A DNA stretch of 64,000 bases, from the NCBI GenBank assembly GCA_951812525.1, contig OX638316.1, positions 2,472,506 to 2,536,505 of the forward strand. Reading direction: 5' to 3'. The position numbers and the translations under genes are program-made. Origin of the DNA: an uncultured Poribacteria bacterium. Its GTDB lineage: Bacteria; Poribacteria; WGA-4E; WGA-3G. The notes below the pieces were generated by a model, which ran no database searches, had not been told where the DNA came from, and was given only the letters and a program-made list of their open reading frames with translations. Below, in pieces: positions 59,129 to 64,000 of the stretch. The first letter of the stretch is position 1, and each line of letters starts with the position of its first letter.

Positions 59129-60574
59129 ATGGAAAAATATGAGATAGTTATCGGATTGGAAATCCACGCCGAATTATGCACAGAAAGTAAACTTTTTTGC
59201 CATTGTGCTTATATCTTCGGTGCTTCGGCAAACGACTGTACCTGTCCAATTTGCTTAGGAATGCCGGGAACATTGCCTGTTGTCAATAGACGCGCTTTAG
59301 AGTTTGCGGTTCGCGCCGGCTTGGCGATGGATTGTAAGATCACAACTTCCAGTAAATTCGACCGCAAGAACTACTTCTATCCAGATCTACCTAAGAACTA
59401 CCAAATTTCGCAGTATGACATACCGTTGTGTCAAAACGGACACGTATCCTTTGAATTTGAAGGCGAACCTCGGACTGTTGCCCTTCGCAGGATTCATCTC
59501 GAAGAGGACGCAGGAAAGTCGATTCACGCCGAAGTCACAGGCGACCCGACCCGTAGTTTTATGGATTTCAATCGTGCTGGTGTGCCTTTGTTGGAAATTG
59601 TAAGCGAACCCGAACTATACTCTCCTGAGGAAGCTATCGCCTACTGCCGTGCCGTTAAAGAGATTTTAGAATATATCGGGGTTAGCGATTGCAATATGGA
59701 AGAAGGGAGCCTGCGATGTGAACCGAACCTCTCCCTGCGACCCAAGGGTAGTAAAGAGTTAGGCACGCGCACAGAAATCAAAAACAAAAATTCGTTCCAA
59801 GAGCTGATCGATGCAATGGAATACGAGGTGAAACGGCAGGCACGGATCTTAGATGCGGGTGAAGAGGTCGTCCAAGAGACGCTCTTGTTCGATGCAAACA
59901 CTGGCAAGACCGTAGCGATGCGCGGCAAGGAAGAAGCAGACGACTATCGTTACTTCCCTGAACCAGATCTCGTTCACGTCCAGGTTAATGATGCGTGGAT
60001 TACGGAAATTCAGTCAACGCTCCCTGAACTACCCGCTGCCCGTCGAGAACGCTTTATCGCAGATTACGGCATCTCTCCTGAAAATACTGAATTTCTGACC
60101 ACCACCCGCCAACTCGCTGAATTCTTTGACGAAGCCGCGCAACTCAGTGGTGAACCTACTATCTGTGCGAACTGGATCATGGGTGACCTGACTCGGTTGC
60201 TCAACACAGCGGAAATTGAGATTCAAGACTCGAAGGTCACACCGGTGCATCTCAGTGAACTCATCCAGTTGATTGACAACGCGACCATCAGCGGTAAAAT
60301 CGCCAAATCTGTACTTGACGATACTTTTGAGTCGGGCAAAATGCCGAAGGAGATTGTCGCTGAAAAGGGGTTGGCACAGATTACGGATACCTCAGAGATA
60401 GAAGCCATCGTCTTACAGGTTGTTGAAGAAAACCCCGGTCCCGCCCAAGATTATCGGGACGGTACAAAGAAAGCAATCGGATTTCTCGTAGGACAGGTGA
60501 TGCGTGCCACTCGCGGGAAGGCGAATCCACAACTGGTAAATCAAATCTTGACGCGGGTGCTTTCTACTGAGTAG
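59129..60574 (+). CDS. gatB: Asp/Glu-tRNA amidotransferase subunit B
   Basis: IGLEIHAEL, RKNYFYPDLPKNYQISQ, HLEEDAGK, DYRYFPEPDL, GQVMRATRGKANP. Confidence 0.98.
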   Translation: MEKYEIVIGLEIHAELCTESKLFCHCAYIFGASANDCTCPICLGMPGTLPVVNRRALEFAVRAGLAMDCKITTSSKFDRKNYFYPDLPKNYQISQYDIPLCQNGHVSFEFEGEPRTVALRRIHLEEDAGKSIHAEVTGDPTRSFMDFNRAGVPLLEIVSEPELYSPEEAIAYCRAVKEILEYIGVSDCNMEEGSLRCEPNLSLRPKGSKELGTRTEIKNKNSFQELIDAMEYEVKRQARILDAGEEVVQETLLFDANTGKTVAMRGKEEADDYRYFPEPDLVHVQVNDAWITEIQSTLPELPAARRERFIADYGISPENTEFLTTTRQLAEFFDEAAQLSGEPTICANWIMGDLTRLLNTAEIEIQDSKVTPVHLSELIQLIDNATISGKIAKSVLDDTFESGKMPKEIVAEKGLAQITDTSEIEAIVLQVVEENPGPAQDYRDGTKKAIGFLVGQVMRATRGKANPQLVNQILTRVLSTE

Positions 60575-60610
60575 GCATGCCTGTTCTGGTATCCGTAAGA
60601 GAGACTTTGC

Positions 60611-61696
60611 ATGTCTGTAGGACAGATTACCCTTACATCCCTAACAAAGCAGTTCGGTGATACAGTTGCAGTTGATGATGTATCGCTGCAAATAGAAGGT
60701 GGGGAATTCTTTTCTCTGCTCGGACCGAGTGGCTGCGGAAAAACGACAACGCTCAATATCATCGGCGGATTTGTGTATCCTACCACTGGGGATGTCCGCA
60801 TCAACGGCGAAATAATGGCAGAGATGCCACCGTATCGCCGTCCCGTTAACACCGTCTTTCAGAACTACGCCTTATTCCCACATAAAACTGTCGCGCAAAA
60901 TATCGCATTCGGGCTACAGATGAAAAAGACTGCTAAATCGGAAATATCGGATGCAGTTGAACGTTCACTGGATTTAATTCAGTTACCCGGATACGGCGAT
61001 CGGAAACCGAGTGAACTCTCTGGTGGTGAGAGGCAACGTGTAGCACTCGCCCGTGCGTTAATTAACGAACCCACCATTCTACTCTTAGATGAACCGCTCT
61101 CAGCACTCGACTTGAAACTCCGAAAGCAGATGCAGTTGGAACTAAAGGCGTTACAACGCAAAGTCGGTATTACGTTTGTCTACGTTACACACGACCAAGG
61201 CGAAGCATTGGCATTGTCTGATCGGATTGCGGTGATGAACAATGGGAAAATACTACAGGTAGGGACACCGTCTGCAATCTACGACTCGCCACAGAACCGC
61301 TTTGTCGCTGACTTTATCGGCACCTCCAACTTCCTTGAAGGAACAGTTATCAGCGAAAATGAAATCGCGCTGACAACAAAACCACCGCTTAAAATTGTCA
61401 GCGCAACAAAGAACAACCTACCGCTAAACACACCTGTGACTGTCGCGATTCGTCCAGAGCGTTTTGACTTAAGGACAACGCCTATCTCTGATGTTCCCAA
61501 TTTCTTGCATGGCGTAATCCAAGACGAAAGTTACCTCGGTACAACACTGCAATACACCGTGCAGACGGACTATCCGACGCCACTTATTGTCCATCAACAA
61601 AATACAGGCGCAAAAGACACACATCGCTTTCAACGCGGCGATATAGTCTATCTGCAGTGGACACCTGAGAATGCCATTGTTTTGAAAAGCGACTAG
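60611..61696 (+). CDS. potA: Polyamine-type ABC transporter ATP-binding protein (PotA-like)
   Basis: LLGPSGCGKTT, VNTVFQNYALFPH, LSGGERQRVALARA, LDLKLR, TOBE C-terminus. Confidence 0.85.
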   Translation: MSVGQITLTSLTKQFGDTVAVDDVSLQIEGGEFFSLLGPSGCGKTTTLNIIGGFVYPTTGDVRINGEIMAEMPPYRRPVNTVFQNYALFPHKTVAQNIAFGLQMKKTAKSEISDAVERSLDLIQLPGYGDRKPSELSGGERQRVALARALINEPTILLLDEPLSALDLKLRKQMQLELKALQRKVGITFVYVTHDQGEALALSDRIAVMNNGKILQVGTPSAIYDSPQNRFVADFIGTSNFLEGTVISENEIALTTKPPLKIVSATKNNLPLNTPVTVAIRPERFDLRTTPISDVPNFLHGVIQDESYLGTTLQYTVQTDYPTPLIVHQQNTGAKDTHRFQRGDIVYLQWTPENAIVLKSD

Positions 61697-61698
61697 GA

Positions 61699-62697
61699 CT
61701 AACCTTCAGACAACGGTAATTTGACTTTCCCGTTATCACGCTGTTGCGATGTTAAGAAGCCAATGATAATTTGGACAACCTTGTATCCTTCACTGCCAGG
61801 TGAGACAGGTTCCCCACCTTCTGTAATAAGTCCTACCAACTCTCGTGGTCCAGCAGGGATGCCCGTGATGTCCCATGTCGGTGCCTCAATCGTTTCAACA
61901 ACATCGTCTTGGTGGATTGTTGCGCCGCGGTCACTGATGAGAATATAGCCGTTGGTGCCAACAATCTCCACACGGAACCCGGAGAGGGTTGTCTTTGGAC
62001 CGCCAGCATAGTAGCCGCGTACACCGTTCGCAAAGTGGATATACCCATGCGCCGATGGTTCCGTTGCTGGGACGTGTCCTCCATCGCCTTTATACTCGTT
62101 ATAGTCTTCATAACCGTCTTCTAACTCGGCAGAGACCCACTCTGGTTCTGAATCGGCGAAGTAGCAGATGGCATCGATGAGATGGGTCCCATTACGGAAA
62201 AGCATTGCGCGCCCGCCACTCAGCGTGCCGATAACATATTGGACATCCCCGATACGTCCACCACCGACGACAACTTCTTTAGTATGCCGCCACAGGGGCT
62301 GCCATCGGCGCGTGTGATCGATTGACAAAATAGTTCCGTTTCGCTCTGTTGCCTCCAACATTCTGTCTGCATCGGCGATGCTCGTTGCCATCGGTTTTTC
62401 ACAGAATATACCTTTCACACCAGCGTTTGCAGCGTCAACGACCAGATCGGCGTGCCGATGATCAGAGGTCGCCACCGTCACGATGTCTAAATTCTCGGCG
62501 GCAAGCATCTCTTGGTGGTTGGTGTACAGGGAAATATTGTCCCAGTTGTCCTGATATTTTTCCTTGAAAGCATCCAATGTGCTTTGAACAAAATCGCAGC
62601 CAGCGGTTAATTCAACGTTCGGCATATCCACTAAACCTGATACATGTGTCGTGCCGATTCCGCTACAACCAATGATGCCCACGCGTAGTTTTGCCAT
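61699..62697 (-). CDS. Gfo/Idh/MocA family oxidoreductase
   Basis: VGIIGCSGIG, CEKPMA, GTHLID. Confidence 0.9.
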   Translation of the reverse strand: MAKLRVGIIGCSGIGTTHVSGLVDMPNVELTAGCDFVQSTLDAFKEKYQDNWDNISLYTNHQEMLAAENLDIVTVATSDHRHADLVVDAANAGVKGIFCEKPMATSIADADRMLEATERNGTILSIDHTRRWQPLWRHTKEVVVGGGRIGDVQYVIGTLSGGRAMLFRNGTHLIDAICYFADSEPEWVSAELEDGYEDYNEYKGDGGHVPATEPSAHGYIHFANGVRGYYAGGPKTTLSGFRVEIVGTNGYILISDRGATIHQDDVVETIEAPTWDITGIPAGPRELVGLITEGGEPVSPGSEGYKVVQIIIGFLTSQQRDNGKVKLPLSEG

Positions 62698-62746
62698 TTC
62701 TATACCCTCCGACTGTTAAATAAAGACTTCGTAAAGTTGTCTTCCC

Positions 62747-63724
62747 CTAATATCCATCGGTATACCAGAAAATATGATGTGACTTGATGCCTTGTGCTAG
62801 AGATGTCGGTTGATTGTGTAACAGGTTTGGTATTGAATCAAATAGTGTCGATTCCATCTTCTCTGAAAGCACATCCGGCTGATTGATACGATACATCGTA
62901 CTTCCATGTTCTTCAATCGTTGGGGCATTGAACCCGTCTGCGATTGGGGCAGGATAAACAACCTCAAACGATTCTGCATCCATCTGGAATATGATAGCAG
63001 ACAGCATGCTTTCTAAAAGTTGCTTACCTCTATCTTCTGCGAAGCGTGTTTCTGAAGTGATGAAATCTTTGACATTCAGTTGCTTATCGTGCTGAGCAAC
63101 CGAAACGTAGCCTTCAATGCTCCCATCACGCTCAGCGATCCAAGCATTCGACGACTCGGTGCGTACCCACTTCGTCCAATATTCTATTTCGTCTCTGACG
63201 AACGCACCATTAAATTTTCGCGCATACCGGTCGTAAAGTTCAGCAATCCACTTGACTTCCGCTTCATCATCAAAATTGGCTGGACGGACTTTCCATTCTG
63301 ACTGCTCTTCAGCACTAAAATGTTGTCTCGCGTGATAACGAGGCACCTTCTCCCATCCTTCGATCGCGTAAATTCGCTGGCTTCCTTGGAGCGAAGAGAC
63401 GACGATGTCACGGTCTTCCATAAACTTAATTGAATCCTTGAGAAGTTGTGTAGCGATCCCACGTCGGCGATATGCTGGACGCGTGCTAACTTCTCCGATT
63501 CCACCCACAGTTATCGGCTTGCCGTGCAAAAACATTTTTCGGATAAAGACGCGAACCGTGCTGACAATAGTGCCATTGTCAATAGCGATACGGATACCCT
63601 CGGGGTCCCGCCACGGGTCGTTGTGCCAGTGATTAGAAAAATATTGTCTGCCGCCTGTAAAGACAGACGTAACATGGTCCAACCACACCTCTAATTCTTC
63701 AGGATAAAGCCCACGAAACTTCAT
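62747..63724 (-). CDS. GNAT acetyltransferase (Eis-like, tandem GNAT)
   Basis: GGIGEVSTRPAYRRRGIA acetyl-CoA motif A; second GNAT-like half. Confidence 0.8.
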   Translation of the reverse strand: MKFRGLYPEELEVWLDHVTSVFTGGRQYFSNHWHNDPWRDPEGIRIAIDNGTIVSTVRVFIRKMFLHGKPITVGGIGEVSTRPAYRRRGIATQLLKDSIKFMEDRDIVVSSLQGSQRIYAIEGWEKVPRYHARQHFSAEEQSEWKVRPANFDDEAEVKWIAELYDRYARKFNGAFVRDEIEYWTKWVRTESSNAWIAERDGSIEGYVSVAQHDKQLNVKDFITSETRFAEDRGKQLLESMLSAIIFQMDAESFEVVYPAPIADGFNAPTIEEHGSTMYRINQPDVLSEKMESTLFDSIPNLLHNQPTSLAQGIKSHHIFWYTDGY

Positions 63725-63739
63725 ATTTAGACAATTTCC

Positions 63740-64000
63740 TCAAAACTTTATGGTCAGTTCACCGATAAACTGCCGTGCCTCATTGCGACTCCCAAAAACT
63801 TCGTAGAGATCGCCAGAGACATCGTAGAATCGGCGGACAAAATTTCGACTGGTCTCAGCAGGGTTCAGGTCAGCATAGCGGAGCCACAGATTTCCCCGCG
63901 ACCATATATCCCAATTGAGTTCTATAACTGTGGAACTCGCATCGCCGGTGTCCTCTCTGTGTTGTCTATTGAGTTCAGGGAAAAGAGCGTCTTGTGTCAA
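63740..64000 (-). CDS. 3' end of an unknown protein, possibly an outer-membrane beta-barrel; truncated by the window end
   Basis: Open frame to the window edge; ends ...FIGELTIKF with alternating hydrophobic residues and terminal Phe. Confidence 0.45.
   Translation of the reverse strand: MTQDALFPELNRQHREDTGDASSTVIELNWDIWSRGNLWLRYADLNPAETSRNFVRRFYDVSGDLYEVFGSRNEARQFIGELTIKF

Noticed and set aside
419-63694. Numerous 60-176 aa ORFs antisense to or overlapping the called genes (e.g. 419-856, 6875-7405, 51116-51610, 52651-53163)
   Set aside because: They lie within well-supported genes and show no recognisable motifs or RBS; treated as shadow ORFs.

Overview
Gene-dense bacterial chromosomal window of about 55 CDS, mostly housekeeping and carbohydrate or sulfate-ester catabolism, from a diderm LPS-producing organism. 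I infer Candidatus Poribacteria or a relative from the LamG protein with a C-terminal 'VEPxxKLxTTWGxLK' tail, the sulfatases and the repeat style; this was not verified by search. Recognisable loci: two sulfatases plus a lactonase; nadD-yacG-yqeK-rsfS; a GT9 heptosyltransferase, thiI and rnhC; nagB; a sigma54 activator; pyrR-pyrC-carA-carB with a PyrR attenuator but no pyrB; two LivJ-like binding proteins; a PD40/PA/M28/PDZ peptidase; lpxL-lptC-lptA-lptB-rpoN-hpf-valS; nadB; slt; gatB; potA. I saw no rRNA, tRNA, CRISPR array, transposase, integrase or prophage. The most notable observations are: (i) several small palindromic repeat families (GTAG-led REP-like units, a MITE-like element with terminal inverted repeats, heptamer-armed hairpins), with hints that some sit in-frame inside genes; (ii) a ~98-aa insertion inside sigma54, and a sigma54 activator whose receiver domain lacks the phospho-Asp; (iii) a putative operon of a stand-alone lipoprotein SAM-hydroxide-adenosyltransferase C-domain, an APH-like kinase and a creatininase-family hydrolase; (iv) a divergent HPPD/VOC-like enzyme; (v) a bacterial G1PDH-like gene. 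All calls come from motif reading only; no database searches were run.
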